Shown: in pieces, positions 1 to 9,978 of the stretch
How positions within the stretch are numbered: the stretch's first letter is position 1
Layout of the letters: each line of letters begins with the position of its first letter
Assembly (NCBI GenBank): GCA_036362785.1
Contig: CP143625.1
Span: forward strand, 217,401 to 249,400
Reading direction: 5' to 3'
Length of the DNA stretch: 32,000 bases
From: a beta proteobacterium MWH-UniP1
GTDB lineage: Bacteria > Pseudomonadota > Gammaproteobacteria > Burkholderiales > Burkholderiaceae_A
Program-made: the position numbers and the translations under genes
Notes under the pieces: generated by a model
What the model was told of the DNA's origin: nothing
What the model saw: the letters and a program-made list of their open reading frames with translations, nothing else
Database searches by the model: none

Positions 1-135
1 GAGATCGACGGTATTGGGGCGATTGAGAATCCGCTGGTTTAAAGTAAAAGGATTTATTTAATCAGGGGTGGTTTTCAAAAACTCGATTTCATGCTTACAT
101 TACGAGATCTAGAAAAACCTAAATTGGCTTAATTT

Positions 136-594
136 TTGACAGTTCAACACTCAGCTAGAGAAGCTTTGCCCGTTTTGGCCGTTGACTTAGACGGCACCCT
201 TACGCTTTCTGACACGCTACACGAATTAGCCTTCGGTCTGCTACGTGATAGTCCCCTTAAGGTATTCGCCCTGCCATTTTGGTTATTACAGGGGAAAGCG
301 GCGCTTAAAGCCAAAGTAGCAGACAGTGTCAGTCTAGATGTCACCACGCTGCCTTTTAACATCGCGCTAATTACTTGGTTAAAAGAAGAGCGGACTGCAG
401 GTAGGCGGATTGTGCTGTGTACGGCAGCAGATAAGCGCGTGGCTCAAGCCATCGCAGACCATTTGGGTGTTTTTGACGAAGTGCTGGCAAGCGATGGTAC
501 GACCAATAACGCAGGCGCAAACAAACGGGCTGCATTAGAAGCCAAGTACGGGGAAAAGGGTTATGACTACGCAGGTAATTCTGCGGCAGATTAA
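136..594 (+). CDS. HAD-superfamily (IB-like) phosphatase domain, N-terminal part. It ends at an in-frame TAA (592-594) that interrupts the domain; same frame as the next ORF.
   Basis: HAD motif I DLDGTL near the N-terminus and a late motif GNSAAD immediately before the stop. TTG start at 136. Frame continuity with 598..1593 (598-136 is divisible by 3). Confidence 0.6.
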   Translation: MTVQHSAREALPVLAVDLDGTLTLSDTLHELAFGLLRDSPLKVFALPFWLLQGKAALKAKVADSVSLDVTTLPFNIALITWLKEERTAGRRIVLCTAADKRVAQAIADHLGVFDEVLASDGTTNNAGANKRAALEAKYGEKGYDYAGNSAAD

Positions 595-597
595 GAA

Positions 598-1593
598 GTG
601 TGGGCTGGCGCGCGGCAGGCGATTGTGGTGAACGCTAGTGAAGCGATTGCTAAGCAAGCTGAAAAAGTAGCTACTGTGTCTAAAGTCTTCCCGCCGCAAG
701 TGGTAATGCTTTCGCATTGGCTAAAGACGCTTCGGGTTCATCAATGGCTAAAGAATTTGCTGCTTTTTGTGCCACTGCTTGCAGCCCATCAGATGGGCAA
801 CTTCCAATCGCTATCTACGTTGGTTCTCGCTTTTGTGTCATTTAGCTTGTGTGCCTCTGCGGTATATATGGCCAATGACCTATTGGATTTAGAAAGCGAC
901 CGCAGACACCCCCGGAAGCGCCACCGCCCTTTCGCTTCAGCAGCCGTTCCCCTTAAAGTGGGGGCGGTACTTTTGCCACTGTTTACTGCTACAAGCCTTG
1001 CATTGGGGCTGGTGGTAGGTGCAGCGTTTGCAGCTTGGTTAATAGTCTACTTCTTACTGACCTGTGCGTATTCCTTGTGGTTAAAGCGCCTGGCGCTGAT
1101 TGATTGCCTAACATTAGCTGCGCTTTACACATTACGCATTATTGCTGGCGCAGCAGCAGTGACCATCCCTCTATCTTTTTGGCTTTTAGCGTTCTCGGTC
1201 TTTATCTTTTTGTCACTTGCTTTCGTTAAGCGATACGCAGAGCTACAAGTGCAGGCGGCTGCCGGTAACGCCTTCGCCCATGGCAGGGGCTACGCCGTAA
1301 CAGATGCGCCCTTGGTTCAGACTTTGGGCATTACGGCTGGCTATGCAGCAATACTGGTGTTAGCACTTTACTTGCAGGGAGAAACAGTCGTCACGCTTTA
1401 TGTGCAGCCTGAACTGATTTGGTTGGCCGTGCCTTTAATGCTGTTCTGGGTAAGTTGGGTATGGATGAAGGCGCACAAAGGCGAAATGCACGACGATCCG
1501 ATAGTGTTCGCCATAAAAGATAAAGCCAGTCTTACGGTTGCTGTGCTTATTGCATTTTCTTTTCTGCTTGCTACAAAAGGTATTGGTAGCTAA
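598..1593 (+). CDS. UbiA-family polyprenyl-phosphate phosphoribosyltransferase/prenyltransferase (Rv3806c-like). The first ~30 aa read as the tail of the upstream HAD domain.
   Basis: Multi-TM protein with the Asp-rich UbiA motif NDLLDLESDRRHPRKRHRP. GTG start in the ORF track. TAATG overlap with the next gene. Confidence 0.85.
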   Translation: MWAGARQAIVVNASEAIAKQAEKVATVSKVFPPQVVMLSHWLKTLRVHQWLKNLLLFVPLLAAHQMGNFQSLSTLVLAFVSFSLCASAVYMANDLLDLESDRRHPRKRHRPFASAAVPLKVGAVLLPLFTATSLALGLVVGAAFAAWLIVYFLLTCAYSLWLKRLALIDCLTLAALYTLRIIAGAAAVTIPLSFWLLAFSVFIFLSLAFVKRYAELQVQAAAGNAFAHGRGYAVTDAPLVQTLGITAGYAAILVLALYLQGETVVTLYVQPELIWLAVPLMLFWVSWVWMKAHKGEMHDDPIVFAIKDKASLTVAVLIAFSFLLATKGIGS

Positions 1594-2021
1594 TGGCAAA
1601 AACGGCGGTCAGCCTTGCCGTGCTGTATACGCTTTTTGCAGCGTTTTCCACGGCGATTAATATTGGCGCGCAGATGCTGTGCATTTGGGCTTACACAGGG
1701 CCTTATTCTGTTGAGGTGTCTATTTTGATTGGCACTGGTGCGGGCTTGCCACTGCGTTACCTGTTAGAAAAACGGTATATTTTTGCGTTTCAGAGTAACA
1801 ACATCGCGCACGATGGGAAGCTCTTTGTGCTTTATAGTTTTATGGGCGTTTTTACCACCGCCATCTTTTGGGGTGTGGAGTATGCGTTTCACTTTATCTT
1901 CGCGACAGACATCATGCGTTATGTGGGTGGCGTGATTGGCCTAAGTCTTGGCTTTTATATCAAGTACCAGCTAGACAAAAAATACGTGTTTGTCAGCGGC
2001 GATAAGCAGGTGGCGGTATGA
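1593..2021 (+). CDS. GtrA-like small membrane protein (Rv3789-like)
   Basis: 142 aa with about four hydrophobic helices. Overlapping start and stop codons with both neighbours. Sits between UbiA-like and DprE1-like genes, as in the mycobacterial locus. Confidence 0.6.
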   Translation: MAKTAVSLAVLYTLFAAFSTAINIGAQMLCIWAYTGPYSVEVSILIGTGAGLPLRYLLEKRYIFAFQSNNIAHDGKLFVLYSFMGVFTTAIFWGVEYAFHFIFATDIMRYVGGVIGLSLGFYIKYQLDKKYVFVSGDKQVAV

Positions 2022-3346
2022 CGGCTGCCCCCCAAACAACTGCCACCACAACGATTAGTGGATGGGGTGGCTATCCAACACAAGAAGCACAGGTGATAAT
2101 TCCGCGGTCACTTTCTGGCTGCAAAACTGAACTAGAGCGCCACTCATCGCTCATTGCACGGGGCATGGGCAGAAGCTATGGCGATAGTGCCAATGCTGCA
2201 ACCGTCTTACAGACCACCTGCTGTGACCACTTCATTGCGTTTGATGACAAAACGGGTTTGCTGACAGCGGAGGCAGGCGTAACACTGCGAGACATATTAA
2301 AAATTACGGTAAAGCACGGTTGGTTTTTACCTGTAACACCAGGCACGAGTTATGTCACAGTGGGTGGGGCAATCGCCAGTGATGTGCATGGCAAAAACCA
2401 TCATGTCGCAGGTACATTTGGGCAGCATGTCGTGTCTTTGACTTTGCTGCTTGGCACAGGGGAAATTGTTACTGCATCACCTACGCATCTGCAAGACCTG
2501 TTTCACGCGACGTGTGGCGGCATGGGGCTAACGGGTGTGATTCTCGTTGCCACTATTCAGCTCATTCCAGTTAAGTCAGCTCAAATCACGCAAAAAACCA
2601 TCAAGGCAGCTTCGTTAGAAGAAGCTTGCGAGGCTTTTGAAGTGTATAGCGCATCGACTTATAGCGTGGCGTGGATTGATTGCTTGGCGACAGGTAAACG
2701 CTTGGGCCGTAGCGTGGTAATGCTGGGGGAACATAGCGACAGCGGAGGGCTGAACCTAACAGTTAAAGACCCCGTCACTGTTCCTATCCATACGCCTGCC
2801 GCCTTACTGAATAGCATGACAATGCGGGCATTTAACATAGCTTATTGGGCAAAAGCAGCACATGACAAAACACAGACCGTGCCACTGCAGCCCTACTTCT
2901 ATCCGTTAGATGCACTAGGTGGATGGAACAAGCTTTATGGTAAAGCCGGGTTCGTGCAATATCAGTTTGTGCTACCTAAAGCCGATGGCGTTTCTAACAT
3001 GCGCACCATTCTTACCCAAATCGCCGAAAGTGGTGCGGGGTCGTTTTTGGCAGTGCTAAAACAATTCGGCCCTGCCAACAAAAACTTACTGTCATTTCCA
3101 ATAGAGGGCTACACCCTAGCGTTAGACTTTAAAATGTCCTCATCTGTAGTAGCGTTATTGCACAGGCTAGACGATATGGTGGCCGGAATGGGCGGCAGGG
3201 TTTACCTAACGAAAGATGCGGTAATGAAAGAACTTACGTTTAAAGCGACATACCCAGAATGGCAGGAGTTTGAAGCAGTGCGTCATAAGTATGGGGCCCT
3301 GGGCAAGTTTGCCTCTGCTCAATCGAAACGATTGGGGTTGGCGTGA
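2018..3346 (+). CDS. FAD-binding oxidoreductase, DprE1-like (polyprenyl-phosphoribose 2'-oxidase family)
   Basis: 442 aa. N-terminal FAD-binding segment with RGMGRSYGDS and VGGAIASDVHGKNHH motifs. ATGA overlap upstream and GTGA overlap downstream. Confidence 0.8.
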   Translation: MTAAPQTTATTTISGWGGYPTQEAQVIIPRSLSGCKTELERHSSLIARGMGRSYGDSANAATVLQTTCCDHFIAFDDKTGLLTAEAGVTLRDILKITVKHGWFLPVTPGTSYVTVGGAIASDVHGKNHHVAGTFGQHVVSLTLLLGTGEIVTASPTHLQDLFHATCGGMGLTGVILVATIQLIPVKSAQITQKTIKAASLEEACEAFEVYSASTYSVAWIDCLATGKRLGRSVVMLGEHSDSGGLNLTVKDPVTVPIHTPAALLNSMTMRAFNIAYWAKAAHDKTQTVPLQPYFYPLDALGGWNKLYGKAGFVQYQFVLPKADGVSNMRTILTQIAESGAGSFLAVLKQFGPANKNLLSFPIEGYTLALDFKMSSSVVALLHRLDDMVAGMGGRVYLTKDAVMKELTFKATYPEWQEFEAVRHKYGALGKFASAQSKRLGLA

Positions 3347-4080
3347 GAAAAATTCTCATTCTTGGCGCAACATCTGCTATTGCTGAACACTGTGCACGGA
3401 TATGGGCAGCTAGGGGTGATGCCCTCTATTTGGTGGCGCGAAATGAGGAACGTCTTAAAACGATGACTGCTGACTTAATAGTAAGGGGGGCAGAACAGGC
3501 CCACAGCTTCTGCGTGGACTTAAACGATATGCAGAAACATGTTGCTCTATTAGACGCAGCAGAAACAGCAATGGGCGGCATAGATACAGTGCTGATTGCG
3601 CACGGAACTTTATCGAATCAAAAAGCTTGTGAACAAAATGTCGAGCAAACCCTTGCAGAGATAAACACCAATGCATTGTCAGTCATCAGTCTGCTAACGC
3701 ATATTGCAAATCGGTTTGAAGCAAAGCAGTCGGGAACAATCGCTGTGATTTCTTCTGTTGCGGGAGATCGAGGCAGGGCCAGCAACTATGTTTATGGCTC
3801 AGCCAAAGCAATGGTCACGGCATTTACATCGGGCTTACGGCAGCGACTGCATAAATCAAATGTGGCAGTGGTCACCATTAAGCCGGGTTTTGTAGATACG
3901 CCCATGACCGCATCATTTAAAAAAGGGTTGCTATGGGCTAAACCCGATCATGTGGCACCAAAGATTGTGCAGGCTATTGATAAGAGAAAATATGAAGTGT
4001 ATGTGCCCACATTTTGGTGGGTAGTTATGGCGGCCATTAGACTGCTTCCCGTCAGAGTTTTTCTCAAACTAACTTTCTAA
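3343..4080 (+). CDS. Short-chain dehydrogenase/reductase, DprE2-like
   Basis: 245 aa. N-terminal Rossmann motif ILGATSAIA and catalytic YGSAKA (YxxxK). Confidence 0.8.
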   Translation: MRKILILGATSAIAEHCARIWAARGDALYLVARNEERLKTMTADLIVRGAEQAHSFCVDLNDMQKHVALLDAAETAMGGIDTVLIAHGTLSNQKACEQNVEQTLAEINTNALSVISLLTHIANRFEAKQSGTIAVISSVAGDRGRASNYVYGSAKAMVTAFTSGLRQRLHKSNVAVVTIKPGFVDTPMTASFKKGLLWAKPDHVAPKIVQAIDKRKYEVYVPTFWWVVMAAIRLLPVRVFLKLTF

Positions 4081-4111
4081 GCCAAAGCGCTTTTACGTAA
4101 AAGGTTTCAGT

Positions 4112-5680
4112 TTGTTATTTAATCCAAAAGCTGTCTTTTTCTTAGCTTTTCTTTGTACGCTCATTGCCAAGCTTTGGCTTGCGTACGTGGTCCCTATTAC
4201 TGGGGACGAAGCGCTATTTTTTTGGTGGGGGCGTTATCCCTATTGGGGATATTATGATCACCCGCCAATGGTGGGTTGGATGATTGCTTTGCTTAGTCTC
4301 ATTGGCGAATCACCCCTGGCATTGCGGATTTTGACAGTTAGCGCAACTTTTTTTGTTTCTTTAGGTATTCTCGATTTAGTCAATCGACTTGCGCCACACA
4401 AAGTAAATGCGAAATGGAACGCGGCAACGCTGTATCTGCTGACCCCAATCAGTTGGATTGGCGTTCCTGTAACCAATGACACACCGTTAATTTTATTTGT
4501 TTTTCTTTCGTTTTATTGTTTCGCTCGCGGAGAATTGTTACGTAGTGTGTCGAGCAAGACTATGGGAAGAACCTTTCCCCAGGAATTTTGGTGGTTTGTC
4601 TTAACTGGACTAATGCTTGGGCTTGCGTTTTTATCAAAGTACCTCGCTGTAGTTATAGCGTTCGCCTATGCAGTTACTCTTCTCAGAACGCCAAAGCTGG
4701 GAGGGCCTAGTCTCGCGCACGGCCTAAAAATTCTTGTAACAATTTTTATTGCGGCATCACCATTTGTTCTGTTGAACGTTGCCTACAACGCGACAAATTG
4801 CTGGAACAACGTCATGTTTAACGCAATAAATCGCCATGACGACGTATCTGTAGGCCTGAAGAATTTAGGCATCTTCATCGTCATGATGATTTATTTGGTT
4901 GCACCATGGACATTATGGGGCCTGTGGAAGTCACGAAAGCATATCCATCTCCACTTTGCTGTGTTTGTTTTGGTTTGTGTCTCTTTCGGATGTTTTTTGC
5001 TGCTTTCGTTGTTTAGGTCTGTCGGACTACACTGGGTGTTAGCTTTTCTGCCGTTGTTATTCGTGCTTACGGGTGTTCTCCTTTCAGAAGATCGTCTGCG
5101 GCGCTACATTGGCTGGACTGCGCTTTGGTGTATGCCACACGTTGTTCTTGTCGTTGGTTTTTTTGGTTTCCCTGGTTTTTGGCTAGAACACACCAAGCTC
5201 AAAGGTGCCGGCTTTGTTTACGATGCCAAGGAACTCCCAGCTATGGTCATGCTAGGCGCTTCAGATACGACTACGCTAATGGCTGAAGGATACAGTCCAG
5301 CGTCGATTCTTGGTTATCATGCAAAGCGCTACGTGCCTGTTTTTGGGGTTGGCTCTCGATATGCTCGGCAAGACGACTACCAGGTGGATTTCCAACAGTT
5401 TGATGGCAAACCCGTGCGAATTCTGCTGAGTAGCGAGCGGCCTTTGGCGGATTTCCTTCCTTTTTTTGATTCGGTCAGCCTGCACACCCTGCAAGTCCGT
5501 AATCGGCAATATTGGGTCATTCACGGAGAGAAATTTAAATTCTCTGCATATCGAGAAACGGTCATTGCCGAAATCGCCAAACGTTATTATCAGATTCCGG
5601 CCCTGTTGCCCATGTACTCTTGTCCTTTTACTGAACGTTACGACTTAATGGTTGAGGGCAGAGCGCGGTCAACATACTAA
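4112..5680 (+). CDS. GT-C fold glycosyltransferase (ArnT/PMT-like, GT39/GT83-type) that uses a polyprenyl-phosphate sugar donor
   Basis: 522 aa, many TM helices. N-terminal loop motif ITGDEALFFWWG...YYDHPPMVGW is typical of ArnT/PMT-like enzymes. TTG start. Confidence 0.7.
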   Translation: MLFNPKAVFFLAFLCTLIAKLWLAYVVPITGDEALFFWWGRYPYWGYYDHPPMVGWMIALLSLIGESPLALRILTVSATFFVSLGILDLVNRLAPHKVNAKWNAATLYLLTPISWIGVPVTNDTPLILFVFLSFYCFARGELLRSVSSKTMGRTFPQEFWWFVLTGLMLGLAFLSKYLAVVIAFAYAVTLLRTPKLGGPSLAHGLKILVTIFIAASPFVLLNVAYNATNCWNNVMFNAINRHDDVSVGLKNLGIFIVMMIYLVAPWTLWGLWKSRKHIHLHFAVFVLVCVSFGCFLLLSLFRSVGLHWVLAFLPLLFVLTGVLLSEDRLRRYIGWTALWCMPHVVLVVGFFGFPGFWLEHTKLKGAGFVYDAKELPAMVMLGASDTTTLMAEGYSPASILGYHAKRYVPVFGVGSRYARQDDYQVDFQQFDGKPVRILLSSERPLADFLPFFDSVSLHTLQVRNRQYWVIHGEKFKFSAYRETVIAEIAKRYYQIPALLPMYSCPFTERYDLMVEGRARSTY

Positions 5681-5737
5681 CTAACATTTACAGCGTTTGG
5701 CTGACGGCAAATTTATCCGTTCGATATGTCTAAATAG

Positions 5738-7180
<1,443 letters not shown>

Positions 7181-7249
7181 TTACGCTCGTAGCCATTGGG
7201 CAGAACAATTCGCTGATGGATTAAGACAATCTGATGCACCGGCCGTCTT

Positions 7250-8380
7250 TCAGCTAGATCGCCCCGAAATAATCCCACCACCCAGGCAGACTGGGCCGTC
7301 ATAGATCACGGCGGACTGGCCTCGGGTGACCGCCCACTGGGCTTGCGGGAAAGCCAACTCGAACCCATCAACCCCACCCCGATAGGTGCAGGCCGCGTCT
7401 GGCTGGCGGTATCGGGCCTTGGCAGTCAATAGGGCGCCGTCTGCAGGCGCGGTGCCTGACACCCAGCTGGGGTCAATGGCTGTCAATCCATGGGACAGCA
7501 GGCCCGGGTGATCGTGGCCTTGGGCCACGATGAGCCGGTTGCCCGCCATGTCTTTATCCAACACAAACCAGGGGCTGCCATCACCCGCCTTATCGCCCCC
7601 AATGCCCAAGCCCTTGCGCTGGCCCAAGGTATAAAACGCCAGGCCCATATGCTGGCCAACCGTGCGGCCTTCTGGCGTGACCATGGGCCCAGGTTTGGTG
7701 GGCAGGTAGCGGTTCAAGAACTCCCGAAATGGCCGCTCACCGATAAAGCAGATACCTGTGGAGTCCTTCTTCGCCGCGTTGGGCAGACCAATTTTTCTGG
7801 CCATATCCCGCACCACAGACTTATGTAAATCGCCAATCGGGAAGATAGTACGTGCTAACTGTTGTTGATTTAGGCGGTGCAGAAAGTAGGTCTGGTCTTT
7901 GCCCGGGTCGGCACCCCGGACCAGCTGGACCTGGTGGCTTGAGACCCACTGGACCTGTGCATAGTGGCCCGTGGCAATACAGTCGGCCCCCTGGGCCATG
8001 GCGTGGTCCAAAAAGGCCTTGAACTTAATTTCGGCATTGCACAGCACGTCGGGGTTGGGGGTTCGGCCAGCCTGGTACTCCCGCAAGAAATCCGCAAAGA
8101 CCCGGTCTTTGTAGTCCTTCGCAAAGTTCACCGCCTGCAATTCAATGCCGATCACTTCGGCCGCCGCAGCGGCATCTAGGAAGTCTTGGCGGGTGGAACA
8201 GTACTCGCTGTCGTCATCGTCTTCCCAGTTTTTCATGAAAAGACCAATAACTTCACAGCCAGCCTCTTTGAGTCGCCAGGCGGTGACCGATGAATCGACC
8301 CCGCCCGACATGCCCACCACCACCCGTTTGCGGCCCCGCAGTGAGTCTTTCCAATTTAAAACGGGGTGATTGCTCATCAT
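7250..8380 (-). CDS. mnmA: tRNA-specific 2-thiouridylase
   Basis: PP-loop [13 protein letters not shown], conserved CNAEIKF and GHYA segments, 376 aa. Confidence 0.9.
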   Translation of the reverse strand: MMSNHPVLNWKDSLRGRKRVVVGMSGGVDSSVTAWRLKEAGCEVIGLFMKNWEDDDDSEYCSTRQDFLDAAAAAEVIGIELQAVNFAKDYKDRVFADFLREYQAGRTPNPDVLCNAEIKFKAFLDHAMAQGADCIATGHYAQVQWVSSHQVQLVRGADPGKDQTYFLHRLNQQQLARTIFPIGDLHKSVVRDMARKIGLPNAAKKDSTGICFIGERPFREFLNRYLPTKPGPMVTPEGRTVGQHMGLAFYTLGQRKGLGIGGDKAGDGSPWFVLDKDMAGNRLIVAQGHDHPGLLSHGLTAIDPSWVSGTAPADGALLTAKARYRQPDAACTYRGGVDGFELAFPQAQWAVTRGQSAVIYDGPVCLGGGIISGRSS

Positions 8381-8518
8381 GTGTCGGAGTGTCGCGAACA
8401 GGCGCCTAAAACCAGAGAAATGGGACCCATGATTCTAGTCTGCCCGCCCACGCTTGGTGCGGTTGTCGGGTAGCATTTAGCCTGTAACTCAATCCCCACA
8501 CGTTATGGAGACCATCGA

Positions 8519-9634
8519 ATGCACGTTGGCATTCCCAAGGAGTCATTGCCCGGCGAAACGCGGGTAGCGGCGACACCCGAGACGGTGAAAAAATTTATTG
8601 CCCAGGGGCATCAGGTCACGATTGCTGCTGGCGCGGGCGTGTCCGCGAATTTTATTGACGAGGCCTATACGGCTGTTGGCGCAAAGGTCGGTTCTCAGGC
8701 TGATGCCATGGGCACCGATTTGGTGCTGAAAGTCCGCATCCCGTCAGATGACGAAGTCAAACAGATGAAGCAGGGTGCCGTGCTGATCGGCATGCTGAAC
8801 CCCTTTGACCGTGCTGGCTTAGAGCGCTTAGCTGGCGCTGGCATTACCGCCTTTGCCATGGAGGCAGCCCCCCGCACGACCCGTGCCCAGAGCATGGACG
8901 TGCTGTCATCCCAGGCCAACCTGGCGGGCTACAAGGCCGTCATGCTGGCTGCGGATGCCTATCCCAAGATCTTCCCCATGCTCATGACCGCTGCCGGCAC
9001 GATTAAGGCCGCTCGCATGGTCATTTTGGGCGCTGGTGTTGCCGGTCTGCAGGCCATTGCCACGGCCAAGCGCCTGGGTGCTGTGGTGGAAGCCTCTGAC
9101 GTTCGCCCGGCTGTGAAAGAGCAGATTGAGTCCCTTGGCGCGAAATTCATTGATGTGCCCTTTGAGACCGATGAAGAGCGCGAGATCGCCCAGGGCGTGG
9201 GCGGCTATGCCCGGCCCATGCCGGAAGCTTGGATGAAGCGCCAGAGTGCAGAAGTGGCTAAGCGCATCGCGGCTGCAGACATTGTGATTTCCACCGCCTT
9301 GATCCCTGGTCGTAAGGCCCCAACCCTGATCACAGAAGACATGGTCAAGTCCATGAAGCCGGGTTCGGTGATTGTGGACATGGCCGTTGAGCAGGGCGGT
9401 AACTGCCCCTTATCGGAACTGGGCAAGACAGTGGTCAAGCACGGCGTGATCATTGTGGGCCAGCCCAACCTGGCGGCCTTGGTGCCAACGGATGCCAGCG
9501 CGCTCTACGCCCGCAACCTGCTGGACTTCATGAAGCTGATCGTGACCAAAGAGGGCGCGCTCAGCATCCCCGCAGACGACGACATTGTGACGGCCACTTT
9601 GGTGACCAAAGACGGCGCTGTTTTACGTAATTAA
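8519..9634 (+). CDS. pntAA: NAD(P) transhydrogenase subunit alpha, part 1 (soluble dI domain)
   Basis: MHVGIPKE...ETRVA N-terminus and Rossmann motif ILGAGVAGLQAIATAKRLGA. Followed by a split alpha part 2 and the beta subunit. Confidence 0.9.
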   Translation: MHVGIPKESLPGETRVAATPETVKKFIAQGHQVTIAAGAGVSANFIDEAYTAVGAKVGSQADAMGTDLVLKVRIPSDDEVKQMKQGAVLIGMLNPFDRAGLERLAGAGITAFAMEAAPRTTRAQSMDVLSSQANLAGYKAVMLAADAYPKIFPMLMTAAGTIKAARMVILGAGVAGLQAIATAKRLGAVVEASDVRPAVKEQIESLGAKFIDVPFETDEEREIAQGVGGYARPMPEAWMKRQSAEVAKRIAAADIVISTALIPGRKAPTLITEDMVKSMKPGSVIVDMAVEQGGNCPLSELGKTVVKHGVIIVGQPNLAALVPTDASALYARNLLDFMKLIVTKEGALSIPADDDIVTATLVTKDGAVLRN

Positions 9635-9654
9635 TTCAAATAGAGAGTGATGCG

Positions 9655-9978
9655 ATGGAAGCAATCAGTCCAACCCTTGTGAACTTAATCATCTTTGTGC
9701 TGGCCATCTACGTGGGTTACCACGTGGTCTGGAATGTCACGCCTGCCCTGCACACGCCACTCATGGCTGTGACCAATGCGATTTCCGCCATCGTGATCGT
9801 GGGTGCCATGCTGGCGGCCGCACTGACTGAAACCGTGCTGGGTCAGACCATGGGTGTCTTGGCCGTGGCACTTGCTGCCGTGAATGTGTTCGGTGGCTTC
9901 TTGGTCACCCGCCGTATGCTGGAGATGTTTAAAAAGAAAGAGAAAAAACCCGCTGCGAACGCAAAGGAGGCTGCATAA
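9655..9978 (+). CDS. pntAB: NAD(P) transhydrogenase subunit alpha, part 2 (membrane dII part)
   Basis: 107 aa with three hydrophobic helices. Located between pntAA and pntB. Its stop abuts the pntB ATG. Confidence 0.85.
   Translation: MEAISPTLVNLIIFVLAIYVGYHVVWNVTPALHTPLMAVTNAISAIVIVGAMLAAALTETVLGQTMGVLAVALAAVNVFGGFLVTRRMLEMFKKKEKKPAANAKEAA

Noticed and set aside
1-42. 3' end of a plus-strand ORF (...EIDGIGAIENPLV-stop) at the window start
   Set aside because: Only 13 codons are visible, which is too short to identify or to confirm as coding.
592-594. Programmed recoding (selenocysteine or pyrrolysine) at the in-frame stop between the HAD and UbiA ORFs
   Set aside because: The stop is TAA, not TGA or TAG. 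No SECIS-like hairpin is evident immediately downstream. A mutation, a sequencing error or a split gene is more parsimonious.
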